Virus record (IMG/VR): IMGVR_UViG_3300022602_000024
Location: 290,430-354,429 of that record
DNA: 64,000 nucleotides
Strand: one strand, 5' to 3'
Shown: piece after piece, positions 28,542 to 37,121 of the stretch
How positions within the stretch are numbered: the first letter of the stretch is position 1
Layout: every line of letters begins with the position of its first letter
Notes under the pieces: generated by a model
The model's database searches: none
What the model saw: the letters and a program-made list of their open reading frames with translations, nothing else
Told to the model about the DNA's origin: nothing
Position numbers and translations under genes: made by a program

Positions 28542-28678
28542 AGTGTTGCCACTCTGCAGATAGGATCGTGTCCTACCCAGGAGTCTTAGTAACTGGTTAC
28601 CGCCCAGCTTTCATGTATCCTGTCCGCCCGTTCGTGCTTTTTTAAGTGAGCACAGGACCTCGTTCCCTGTAACACTTT
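28539..28678 (-). ncRNA. unassigned multi-hairpin GC-rich RNA
   Basis: CCTGT/ACAGG, CTGG/CCAG, GTAGGA/TCCTAT and CAGAGTG-GCAA-CACTCTG stems. Confidence 0.5.
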
Positions 28679-28682
28679 AGTA

Positions 28683-28844
28683 TTAACGTTTGTGCGTATC
28701 TAACTTTCTAGCCATTTCAGCCAAGGCTCGTAGATGAGCTTCTGCACGTTGTACCTTATCTTCCATCAACTTCATTCTCTGCTCTGGTGTTAAAATCAAA
28801 CCAGGAACAAATTGTTGATGAGTTTGCTTTTGTTCTAACATCAT
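28683..28844 (-). CDS. small helical protein (53 aa, MMLEQKQTHQQFVPG...), first gene after the attenuator; not in ORF track
   Basis: Manual translation; AAGGA RBS. Confidence 0.65.
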   Translation of the reverse strand: MMLEQKQTHQQFVPGLILTPEQRMKLMEDKVQRAEAHLRALAEMARKLDTHKR

Positions 28845-28856
28845 TGCTTCCTTAAA

Positions 28857-28890
28857 GTAAAAAGCCCCGGAGTTTTTAGTTCCAGGGCCT
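28857..28890 (-). terminator. attenuator terminator
   Basis: AGGCCCTGGA-9nt-TCCGGGGCTT followed by a U tract. Confidence 0.75.
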
Positions 28891-28916
28891 TAGTTAATAT
28901 ACTTGTGTGAAATATG

Positions 28917-29039
28917 TTAACTGAGACCCCCAACTGGTTCACGGTCACTATTAATCTGTGCATCAAACATAGACCAATAGGCTGACCCGCCTAAGGCTAG
29001 CGTTTGGGGTTTGCATGAATGATTAATAGTGTGCGTCAT
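28917..29039 (-). CDS. putative attenuation leader peptide (40 aa, all 20 amino acids): MTHTINHSCKPQTLALGGSAYWSMFDAQINSDREPVGGLS
   Basis: Manual translation; starts 9 nt after a sigma70 -10 box; its 3' end overlaps the antiterminator arm. Confidence 0.75.
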   Translation of the reverse strand: MTHTINHSCKPQTLALGGSAYWSMFDAQINSDREPVGGLS

Positions 29040-29048
29040 AATAAATCT

Positions 29049-29077
29049 ATTGTAGTTTATTTATCATTGAGTGTCAA
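29049..29077 (-). promoter_or_regulatory. sigma70-type promoter of the leader
   Basis: TTGACA-17nt-TACAAT, with a TAAATA in the spacer. Confidence 0.8.
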
Positions 29078-29087
29078 TAGTGTTTGG

Positions 29088-29216
29088 TTAAATGACTTCG
29101 TATTCGTCTTTACCGCAACCACATTCGGGACACAAAAAGTCCTCGGCTAGATCTTCCCATTTGCCTTCTAAGATTTCATCGTGGACATGTCCACAAACTA
29201 CGCATACGTGATCCAT
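29088..29216 (-). CDS. rubredoxin (42 aa); not in ORF track
   Basis: MDHVCVVCGHV...WEDLAEDFLCPECGCGK; TAATG coupling to rubrerythrin. Confidence 0.92.
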   Translation of the reverse strand: MDHVCVVCGHVHDEILEGKWEDLAEDFLCPECGCGKDEYEVI

Positions 29217-29665
29217 TATAGTGCCTCCAATTTTGCTTGATATGCTTCAGCATGACGCTTTTCAATTTTGGCCAATGCTGCAAAACGCTTTTCTGCTTTG
29301 GCTAGAATAGCCGCAAATTGTTCTGCGTGCTCTTTGCTTTCGGCGATTTGCTCGGCGGCTTCGTAAGCCGCTGCAGTATTGCCTTCATCTTCAGCTTGTG
29401 CTTTGAATTCAGGATACATTGTAGTGAATTCATAAACTTCGCCTTCAATGGCTTTTTGCAAACATTCAGCAGTACTGGGCTTGCCAATCAGCAATTCTAA
29501 ATGCCCCCAAGCGTGTAACAACTCTTGATTAGCAGTATGCTCAAAATGTTGTGCAATATCTTCGTGACCCTCTTCTCGGGCAATTTTTGCAAAATAACGG
29601 TATTTTGTGTGAGCCTGTGACTCGCCAGCAAATGCCGCTTCTAAGTTTTTAATAGTAATGCTCAT
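29216..29665 (-). CDS. rubrerythrin
   Basis: NLEAAFAGESQA, E..H, EGE.YE...MYP.F, E..H di-iron motifs. Confidence 0.95.
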   Translation of the reverse strand: MSITIKNLEAAFAGESQAHTKYRYFAKIAREEGHEDIAQHFEHTANQELLHAWGHLELLIGKPSTAECLQKAIEGEVYEFTTMYPEFKAQAEDEGNTAAAYEAAEQIAESKEHAEQFAAILAKAEKRFAALAKIEKRHAEAYQAKLEAL

Positions 29666-29716
29666 TGTTTTTCCTTTATTTGATTAAGTATCTCAGTGTT
29701 TCTACTGATATATTTA

Positions 29717-29938
29717 TTATTTTAACGCAGGATCCACGGTTTTGTCAATGGTTTTCAACTCTTCTTCCGTGGCAAATCTACCAGGGGTAGTTGAATGCCA
29801 ACTGCTAAACCATCCCAATGGTTTCCAAAAACGATGTAGAATATTATTGATTAACACAATAAGAACCACTGATACAAGAATTGCTAACCCAGTCAAAATA
29901 CTTCCAGCTAAAATGTTTGCGGCATTATCGATATCCAT
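29717..29938 (-). CDS. small membrane protein; start revised to MDIDN
   Basis: One hydrophobic segment; AAGGA RBS; the longer start overlaps a tRNA. Confidence 0.7.
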   Translation of the reverse strand: MDIDNAANILAGSILTGLAILVSVVLIVLINNILHRFWKPLGWFSSWHSTTPGRFATEEELKTIDKTVDPALK

Positions 29939-29961
29939 TTTGATTCCTTGAAAAAGTTGTT

Positions 29962-30038
<77 letters not shown>

Positions 30039-30047
30039 AAGTTTTAT

Positions 30048-30076
30048 ATTATACTAGAAGTTGAATACTTTGTCAA
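30048..30076 (-). promoter_or_regulatory. consensus sigma70 promoter
   Basis: TTGACA-17nt-TATAAT just upstream of the tRNA. Confidence 0.8.
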
Positions 30077-31548
30077 CGACGTTGACGCGGTGTGTCCGCT
30101 ACGCCACGCTTTTCTCGGGCTTTTTCTGCGGCTTTTGGACGAAGTCCACTGGTTGATTTACCACTGGCTATATCTGCTATCTTTTGATCAGTTTTCTTGT
30201 CTAACTCTTTCCAATCTGCACGTTCGACCTGTGTCAGTTCGGTAAGCAGATCGCCTTTTTCGATATAGTTTCTAACATACTTGCCATCCTTCTTGTTCTC
30301 AAACTTGGATCGAATGGTAATCAATATTCGCTTGCTATTATGCACATCATGAATAATCACTTCGGGACGTGCTTTAGATTCTACATAAGTGGCAGTGATA
30401 TCAATGTTGCGTAGTTTTTCCGCTAACTTGTTAAAACGTAGGATTTTAAATCCGCCTTTGTCAAACTGTACCAATTCTACATTGTCATCGCCCAAGGTAG
30501 CAAAGTATGTGACTGCATGAGCAATTTTATCAACAAATTCAGCTTCATCGTCGGGGCTGGCACGTTTAAGTTGTGCAGCCAATTTATCAGCAACAGATCT
30601 ATACATGTACTCGATTGCGTGCTCTTGCCCTTCACCATGTGCTTGCTCAAACTTTTGAGCAAATGGCTTTACATCAATGCCAAAATGTTCCCATAGGGCA
30701 ATCATGGATTCGATGTCACTACCGCCAACTTGACCAAACTGTTTAACTGGCCCTGCTTTTAAACTGGCATTCAATCGTAACTTACGCATGTTGCCTTGTG
30801 CATCACGTACTGCTACCCAAACATCAACCTTGCTGGTTTTTTCGTTTAAGGAGCCGTCGGCAATAACAGCAATGTGATCTTGTTTGCCATTTAGGTAAAA
30901 ATACTTACTGTAACGTTCAGCCATTGAACTGTTGACATAGGCCACTGCACTATTGAATTCATTCTTTAGTGCTTCACGTTTGTCAGGATCCATTAGGTCT
31001 TTATAAGGTCCTGTTTTGAGCGACAGTTTGAATGTCACTAAATCAGCGTGTCGGTTATCTGAATCTTTTACTTCAACTTGATATAGGTCTTCGCCAACAT
31101 TTTTTAATTTTGATAGCACAGAGGAAACGTCTGCAGGGGTGATCATTCCGATGTCTTCGTTACCTTCACGCTTGGTAAATTTAGCAAACATAGCTGCACC
31201 CAGAATACCTTCAGCAATTTCTCCGCGATTAGCCAATTTGTCTGCATGAATAAATGAACTGTTTAGTCCTGAGGCACCACCGTGATAAGTCCAAATCTGC
31301 CCATCTTCATCGTGAAAAGCCCAGTGATGAGCTCCTGCCGTGGGATTGCCAATGGATGCGGCCCATCGAGTAGGATCGTTGGCTTCTTCCCAATCCATTC
31401 TGGTCATGGGACCTTCTACATTAATACCTTGTGCAGACAATTGTGCAGCTAGTGCTTGCCCATTTTGACTACCGCTGAGTAAGAACGGTGTGCCCACTGG
31501 GTAATTGTCAACCGTTGCTTCGTTTAGGATGTTTATTAAATCACGCAT
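30073..31548 (-). CDS. hypothetical protein, possibly head-packaged with a PD-(D/E)XK-like core; start revised to MRDLINILNEA
   Basis: TAAATA-4nt-ATG; GEIAEG, KVDV..., SLK motifs. Confidence 0.65.
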   Translation of the reverse strand: MRDLINILNEATVDNYPVGTPFLLSGSQNGQALAAQLSAQGINVEGPMTRMDWEEANDPTRWAASIGNPTAGAHHWAFHDEDGQIWTYHGGASGLNSSFIHADKLANRGEIAEGILGAAMFAKFTKREGNEDIGMITPADVSSVLSKLKNVGEDLYQVEVKDSDNRHADLVTFKLSLKTGPYKDLMDPDKREALKNEFNSAVAYVNSSMAERYSKYFYLNGKQDHIAVIADGSLNEKTSKVDVWVAVRDAQGNMRKLRLNASLKAGPVKQFGQVGGSDIESMIALWEHFGIDVKPFAQKFEQAHGEGQEHAIEYMYRSVADKLAAQLKRASPDDEAEFVDKIAHAVTYFATLGDDNVELVQFDKGGFKILRFNKLAEKLRNIDITATYVESKARPEVIIHDVHNSKRILITIRSKFENKKDGKYVRNYIEKGDLLTELTQVERADWKELDKKTDQKIADIASGKSTSGLRPKAAEKAREKRGVADTPRQRR

Positions 31549-31555
31549 TTTGTAT

Positions 31556-32311
31556 TTAGTTGCTGATCTTATATAAGTTCTTATCAAACCAACATACAAC
31601 TAAATCTTCCAACCGTGCATAGCCGTATTTGTTTAGACTATCCTTTAGACTATCATTAATTAAGTTACGATCTGCTAAATCATGCCAACTTGCGTGGTTG
31701 GGCAAGGGATCGTGTTCGCTAGCATAAACGCCAGCATATAGCCAAGGGCTATTTTCTTTGCGGTAAAAGTAAGCATCTCTACAGTCAAATCCCGATATAG
31801 CCAACATATACATCAAATTCAGTATGTTATAGCTGTAGTACTGCTGACTATGATTTGTTACTACTAACCGATTATTGTACATATATGTAGTCTGCGGTAT
31901 ACTCAATATCAACATACCATTTACATTTAATGTTTGTTTCCACAGAGCTAGGCACTTAAAAGGATCACGTGCATATTGAAAAGTATCATGACTCCAAATC
32001 AAATCAACTCGACGTCCAATAGGAACTTCTTCAAAGTTAACTTTAACAGGAACAATATTGGGACTACCGGCTAAAATCTCTGGCTCAATTTGATCTACTT
32101 TTTGATCTACTGCATAAACTTTGTAGTTGTGGGGCAGTGGTGGATCATCTCTTGTATACAAGTTGGCCCACCATTCTGCATCCATACCTGCACCACAACC
32201 CATGTCAGCAATAGAACTCAAGTTGTCCAGGAAACTATCGTACCCGTACAATACATTTAAGATTTCCAAACTGTGCTGATGACTATCATATGCGTTTTTA
32301 AACAGTGCCAT
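31556..32311 (-). CDS. class I SAM-dependent methyltransferase
   Basis: ADMGCGAG, VDLIWSHD, L..NGML. Confidence 0.8.
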   Translation of the reverse strand: MALFKNAYDSHQHSLEILNVLYGYDSFLDNLSSIADMGCGAGMDAEWWANLYTRDDPPLPHNYKVYAVDQKVDQIEPEILAGSPNIVPVKVNFEEVPIGRRVDLIWSHDTFQYARDPFKCLALWKQTLNVNGMLILSIPQTTYMYNNRLVVTNHSQQYYSYNILNLMYMLAISGFDCRDAYFYRKENSPWLYAGVYASEHDPLPNHASWHDLADRNLINDSLKDSLNKYGYARLEDLVVCWFDKNLYKISN

Positions 32312-32552
32312 TGGTAAGTATTTCCATTATTAGTTTTTCTTTTAGTCGAGCCAATCTTGGTTCAAGTTGATAACAGGCTTCGGCTATTTCTAAATCTGTT
32401 CCCCAGGCACGTTGTGTAGCAAGATGACTTGCCCATTTGCCCACTGCATCTTTTTCTAGTTGAATATCAACTGCATCATGTCTAGGTTTGGCCTGACAAC
32501 ACAGATCATATTCTTTCAACAGTTCTTCTGCACGGTACTGCCAAGGTCTCAT
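32298..32552 (-). CDS. hypothetical protein
   Basis: Coupled ORF in the operon. Confidence 0.65.
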   Translation of the reverse strand: MRPWQYRAEELLKEYDLCCQAKPRHDAVDIQLEKDAVGKWASHLATQRAWGTDLEIAEACYQLEPRLARLKEKLIMEILTNGTV

Positions 32553-33001
32553 ACTACAATGTCCTCCATACCAGCAGTACGCAAACGCACCACGTGTCCC
32601 AACATATAGTTTTTACTTTCTAAGCCTTTCATTACCCCGAGCCATTTGTTGCGTAACAACGCTACTTCATTGATAATGGTTTCCATATCAATTACTTCGT
32701 CTTCGGCTTCAGCATACTTTTCAGCATCTCTACTGGTCAGAGCACGTTGGTATGCTTCGAGATATTTTTTGTAATGCCGTTGACGAATCTTACGCAACTG
32801 TATATTTAAAAATTCCAATATGGCTTCAATTTCTTGTAGTTGATTAAAACGTTGTTCAGTCACACCCGGCAGATTACTCAATGCACGTTCAACATTGCCA
32901 ACGATTTTTAATTCGGTTTTTGCAACTGTTAATTCTGCTTCATAGTAATCAATAAAACCAGGAATTTCACCTAAGTTTGAAACTACACGGTTATACCACA
33001 T
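32549..33001 (-). CDS. uvsY: UvsY-like recombination mediator
   Basis: Helical ~150-aa protein with 'YAEAEDEV' and 'KGLESKNYML' patterns; same operon as uvsX. Confidence 0.7.
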   Translation of the reverse strand: MWYNRVVSNLGEIPGFIDYYEAELTVAKTELKIVGNVERALSNLPGVTEQRFNQLQEIEAILEFLNIQLRKIRQRHYKKYLEAYQRALTSRDAEKYAEAEDEVIDMETIINEVALLRNKWLGVMKGLESKNYMLGHVVRLRTAGMEDIVV

Positions 33002-33004
33002 AAA

Positions 33005-33232
33005 TTAATCTTCGTAGTCAGTATCTTCATCATCGTCGTGGTCAACGGAGTATTCTTTAAGGGCTTTTTTCAGATTACTATCAGTGCCCCCAAAATCTTT
33101 TAAGTCGATATCGTTTAGCATATCAACTACAACACTCATGACGTTGTCAGCGGCTTCTTGCCGATCTTTTTGCGGAATATATTGTTTTAGGATAGTATAT
33201 ACTTCGCCTAATATTTCTACTTCAATACTCAT
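33005..33232 (-). CDS. small acidic hypothetical protein
   Basis: ORF in the operon. Confidence 0.65.
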   Translation of the reverse strand: MSIEVEILGEVYTILKQYIPQKDRQEAADNVMSVVVDMLNDIDLKDFGGTDSNLKKALKEYSVDHDDDEDTDYED

Positions 33233-33234
33233 TA

Positions 33235-34716
33235 TTAGCTTACCTTATTAAAATTTTTAAGTGCATTAATATGATCCGACAAACTGGATAAATCGCCCCA
33301 GGATCCAGGATATTTCAAATCTAATACTAGTTTTGATAATTCGATGTAACGTCTGAATCTTTCCTTAACAGTAAAATCTGGATTTGTTGTTACATCAAAA
33401 AAATATGTGTTATACGTTTCGTTTACAATACCTACTTCATGTTTCATTGCATCAATGGGAGTATTTTTTAACAATACAAAAGGTTGATGCAATGTTACAT
33501 TAATAACTGTTTCGTCTAATAGATACTTTTGGTATCTTTTAAACATTAACAAAGTATCTTCGTGATCTTCTAGTGTTTCAGTTGGGTATCCAGTAAACAT
33601 CAATAATGTATTTTTAATTTTATATTTAGAACACATTTCTAAATGGTAATCAAGATCTTCATTAGTAAACTTTTTACCCATATGAAATCTAACTTTGTCA
33701 CTACCGGTTTCTACTCCAACAATAATGTTATGACAACCTGATTCGTTCATTAGTTTATAAAGTTCTTCTTTGTGTTGTACTGCAGATCGTATAATAAATT
33801 GTCCAGTATATTTAATATCACGAAACATAATATTATTTTTTCTTAACTCGGCTAACTTTTTTATCAAATCTGTGAATTGTTTCAACGATCCGTTGATCAA
33901 ACTATCAGTAAACCAGAATTGTGTAATGCCCGTTTCTTCTATATGTTTGGTCAATTCCAATACTATATTATCTGCACTTCTAAATCGAAACTTCTTCCAT
34001 ATATGCCCAACATCACAGAATGTACATCTACGAACACACCCACGGCTGCCAGTTAAACTGATTGAATGTGTTAAATTTAATCCTGGATTATAGTTATCAA
34101 AATTAATATTTTTATATGTAGGTAAAACACAATCATCTAAATTATCAATTTGTAATGCCCACGATTCGTGGGGATTGCTCTTGGAATTTAGTCCGATTTC
34201 CTCATGACCTTTAAGGAATTGATCAAGAACATATTCACCTTCCCCTAGTACATAATAGTCTATTAGGTTTTTTTCAAGAAACATTTTTCCCGCGGTAATG
34301 TTTGATTCAAATTCATATGAAATACCAGGACCGCCCGCAATAACCGGAGTAGAAGATTTATATTTTAACTTTGTTAAGAAACGGCCAGTCAGCTGAATTT
34401 GCTGGTAGCTAAAAACCGTGATTGCAATTAAATCAGCTGACATAGCAAGCACTGTATCTACTGCCGAATCCAGTATCAAATCAATGTTGTCAAGCAATTC
34501 ATTATTTTCAAATTGTTCCAATGATGTAAACATTGTGTAGGCTTGATTCCACTGGTCTTCGCCTAATGCATTTCTGATATATATGTTTAAATCTAAGATT
34601 TCATGCTTTATGGAATTAGCTTCGCATATGCCCGACAAAAATGCCAATGCAGGTGGCGGCTTTTCAACCGTTAGCAGACCCGACGCCATTAGAGCAACTT
34701 TATTAAATTTTAACAT
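33235..34716 (-). CDS. radical SAM protein with a B12-binding-like N-terminal domain
   Basis: IAGGP, GEGE, SRGCVRRCTFC, GVETGS, GYPTET. Confidence 0.9.
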   Translation of the reverse strand: MLKFNKVALMASGLLTVEKPPPALAFLSGICEANSIKHEILDLNIYIRNALGEDQWNQAYTMFTSLEQFENNELLDNIDLILDSAVDTVLAMSADLIAITVFSYQQIQLTGRFLTKLKYKSSTPVIAGGPGISYEFESNITAGKMFLEKNLIDYYVLGEGEYVLDQFLKGHEEIGLNSKSNPHESWALQIDNLDDCVLPTYKNINFDNYNPGLNLTHSISLTGSRGCVRRCTFCDVGHIWKKFRFRSADNIVLELTKHIEETGITQFWFTDSLINGSLKQFTDLIKKLAELRKNNIMFRDIKYTGQFIIRSAVQHKEELYKLMNESGCHNIIVGVETGSDKVRFHMGKKFTNEDLDYHLEMCSKYKIKNTLLMFTGYPTETLEDHEDTLLMFKRYQKYLLDETVINVTLHQPFVLLKNTPIDAMKHEVGIVNETYNTYFFDVTTNPDFTVKERFRRYIELSKLVLDLKYPGSWGDLSSLSDHINALKNFNKVS

Positions 34717-35236
34717 TGGCCAATATATTTTCTAAATCCAAAAGACCTTCTTTTAACAATTGAGATTTTTTGGGATGGTATGTAGCCGTTGACCATTCGT
34801 CAACACCAGAAAATTCATAATAGTTATTAAATTTTAACTCCAATAACCAATCAACTATTGGATATACAAAGGTTAACTTCCATACTCCATTTTCGCCCCA
34901 GGTTAGTGCCCGGGGCTTTGTAGTTGGTCCTACTATGTACAATCCTTGATATTTAAAAAAGTCAGGTACAGGAACATTATCAATACAAATAGTATCTAGA
35001 GTTACTAGTTGGTCCTTGACTATATTATTATCTACTAGAATAGTATTATTATACGTTTTCCCATAAAATTCAATGTCTAATACATGTTCGCCATCAAGTA
35101 AATCCAATGGGATTTTGATTAATGCAGAATCACTGGTAAATTCATAATCTTGTATTAAATCGTCATCAACCAAAAACTTCAGACGTGGCCACCCATTGCA
35201 CTCCGTGGCAGTGAATGAGATAGCCAAATCGTTCAT
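34703..35236 (-). CDS. hypothetical protein
   Basis: Coupled to the rSAM gene. Confidence 0.7.
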   Translation of the reverse strand: MNDLAISFTATECNGWPRLKFLVDDDLIQDYEFTSDSALIKIPLDLLDGEHVLDIEFYGKTYNNTILVDNNIVKDQLVTLDTICIDNVPVPDFFKYQGLYIVGPTTKPRALTWGENGVWKLTFVYPIVDWLLELKFNNYYEFSGVDEWSTATYHPKKSQLLKEGLLDLENILANVKI

Positions 35237-36303
35237 TCGCTGATTGTTTCTTCGTCGGGTTGTGGAGCAGGATTTGCACGGTGTGGGTTTGCAGTAATAT
35301 CTGCCATTACCCGATCCAGTGACTCATTTTCATTGCGTTCCCATGCTTTGCGGAACTGCTTAATGACTGTACCATCTGCTAGTGTGTATTTAAGACTGTT
35401 GCCTTCTTTGGCCAACAAACCTTTGCCCTCAATCAAGTCAACCATACCTGAATATGGATTCATACCTGTTTCATAAGGAATCTTAACTTGTACTGATTCA
35501 AAAGGTTTAGCATAGCGTGTTTTCATAATCTTACAAGCAGCACGAATACCTTTTACTTCTGAAATCTTGTTGCCATCTTCGTCTTCTTTGAGTTTGAGTT
35601 TACGCATAGCAACTACAATACTGCTGGCATAGATAAAACCCTGTCCACCTGAAATCTTGTCATCGGGATCAAACATGTCTTGGCTTGCGTATGTGTGGTT
35701 AGTTGCTACTAGACCCAAGTTCAAGTCGCCAAACATGTTAACACAGTTACGAACCAGTGCGGTAAGTGCTTTGGGCTTACGACCCATGTCACCTTTCAAG
35801 TCTCCGGCTTCGAATTGATTTACGTCAGTTGGTGTTAGCAACATACCTAAACTGTCTAGTACAAACAATACTTTAGGACGTTGGTCTTCAGGCATTGTTT
35901 TATACTCTTTTACAAACTCGCTAATCATTTTAGCCACATCATCAATCATGGCCATGTTTAACTTGAGTAGTTTGTCTTCGCTAGTGTCAACGCCAAGAGC
36001 GTGTAGCCATGCTTCATCTAGTGCGTTTTCTGTATCAATCAAGATAGGATAGATGCCTTGCGCCTGTGCATTTTTAACTAAGTTTCCGCTACAGATAAAA
36101 CTTTTACCTGCGCCGGATTCGCCAGCAAAAACTGTGACCTTGCCCATGGGAATTCCTTTGTGGAAGTCCCCGGAGATAAGATAGTTTAGTGCATAGTTGT
36201 TGGTACTGATCCAGTCTGTAGGATCATTGAACCCCACGGAGATACCGTCGATACTTTTTGTAATTGATTTTCTAAATTTGCTTACGTCGAATGGTTTTGC
36301 CAT
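35233..36303 (-). CDS. uvsX: UvsX/RecA-like recombinase
   Basis: GESGAGKS, DTENA, DSLG, NHTY, SGGQG. Confidence 0.95.
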   Translation of the reverse strand: MAKPFDVSKFRKSITKSIDGISVGFNDPTDWISTNNYALNYLISGDFHKGIPMGKVTVFAGESGAGKSFICSGNLVKNAQAQGIYPILIDTENALDEAWLHALGVDTSEDKLLKLNMAMIDDVAKMISEFVKEYKTMPEDQRPKVLFVLDSLGMLLTPTDVNQFEAGDLKGDMGRKPKALTALVRNCVNMFGDLNLGLVATNHTYASQDMFDPDDKISGGQGFIYASSIVVAMRKLKLKEDEDGNKISEVKGIRAACKIMKTRYAKPFESVQVKIPYETGMNPYSGMVDLIEGKGLLAKEGNSLKYTLADGTVIKQFRKAWERNENESLDRVMADITANPHRANPAPQPDEETISE

Positions 36304-36307
36304 AAGT

Positions 36308-37121
36308 TTATTCCTTGATTAAAATTTTGTTTATATATCTATGTTTGTTAATACTATTCATTGCAGAATTAATATTATCTACGCTACCTAAAGGCAATTT
36401 TCTATGCCCTAATGTTTTATTATAAGGGTCTATACCATTATTTGTTAACCACATCAGATAATTATTATCAGCAAAACAATCATATTCTTTAAATGTAAGA
36501 GATGCTTCTCCACTGTAATAGTGTAAATTAGCAAATCCCGGATAGGATAAATCTAATTTGTCTTCATACAAGTCAATAAATTCTTTTCCTAATTCTGCAT
36601 AATGTAAAAATAATGTCCCCGGCGGAAATTTAAATTCAAAAAAACTGATAATCAGATTCTGATAATAAAAATCTTCTATATTTGTCTTTGTGAAAACTAA
36701 TATAAAAATCTCTACCATTTAGTTTACTGTGTTCTACCTTATGTACAAATACATTTAAATTTCGTATTGCTGATTTAAGTTCTGAATTAGCTACTTCAAA
36801 TAACCGAGTAGGCCTGCCAAACTTTCCATTTAGTTGTTCAAATTTTAAATGCAAGTAATTGAAATATTCTTGAGAATCTTCATTTGGTTTTATGTTAATA
36901 AAATTTTTCAAATACTTGTTAATTGTAATGCAAGCATCAGTTAAGATTTGTCTAGCTTCATCTGGTGTTAAAAAGCTCAAAAATGCTTCTTGTTGATTAA
37001 AATCGCAATGGTCTAGGCACCATTGTAATTCTTTTACCCATTTATGTACAAAAGGATTATCATTGAGTGTGACGTCAAATGACGCCTCACCCAAGGTGCC
37101 TAGAACAACCGATAACTTCAT
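36308..37121 (-). pseudogene. single gene split by a +1 frameshift at a T7 run (~36637-36643); paralog of 19018-19968
   Basis: ORF 36636-37121 ends TTT TTT TGA; the +1 frame continues EFKFPPG...LGK, matching the paralog C-terminus. Confidence 0.7.

Noticed and set aside
14478-28678. tmRNA, RNase P RNA or group I intron among the orphan RNAs
   Set aside because: No tag reading frame with a tRNA-like domain, no GAGGAAAGUCC core, no interrupted gene or P/Q/R/S set.
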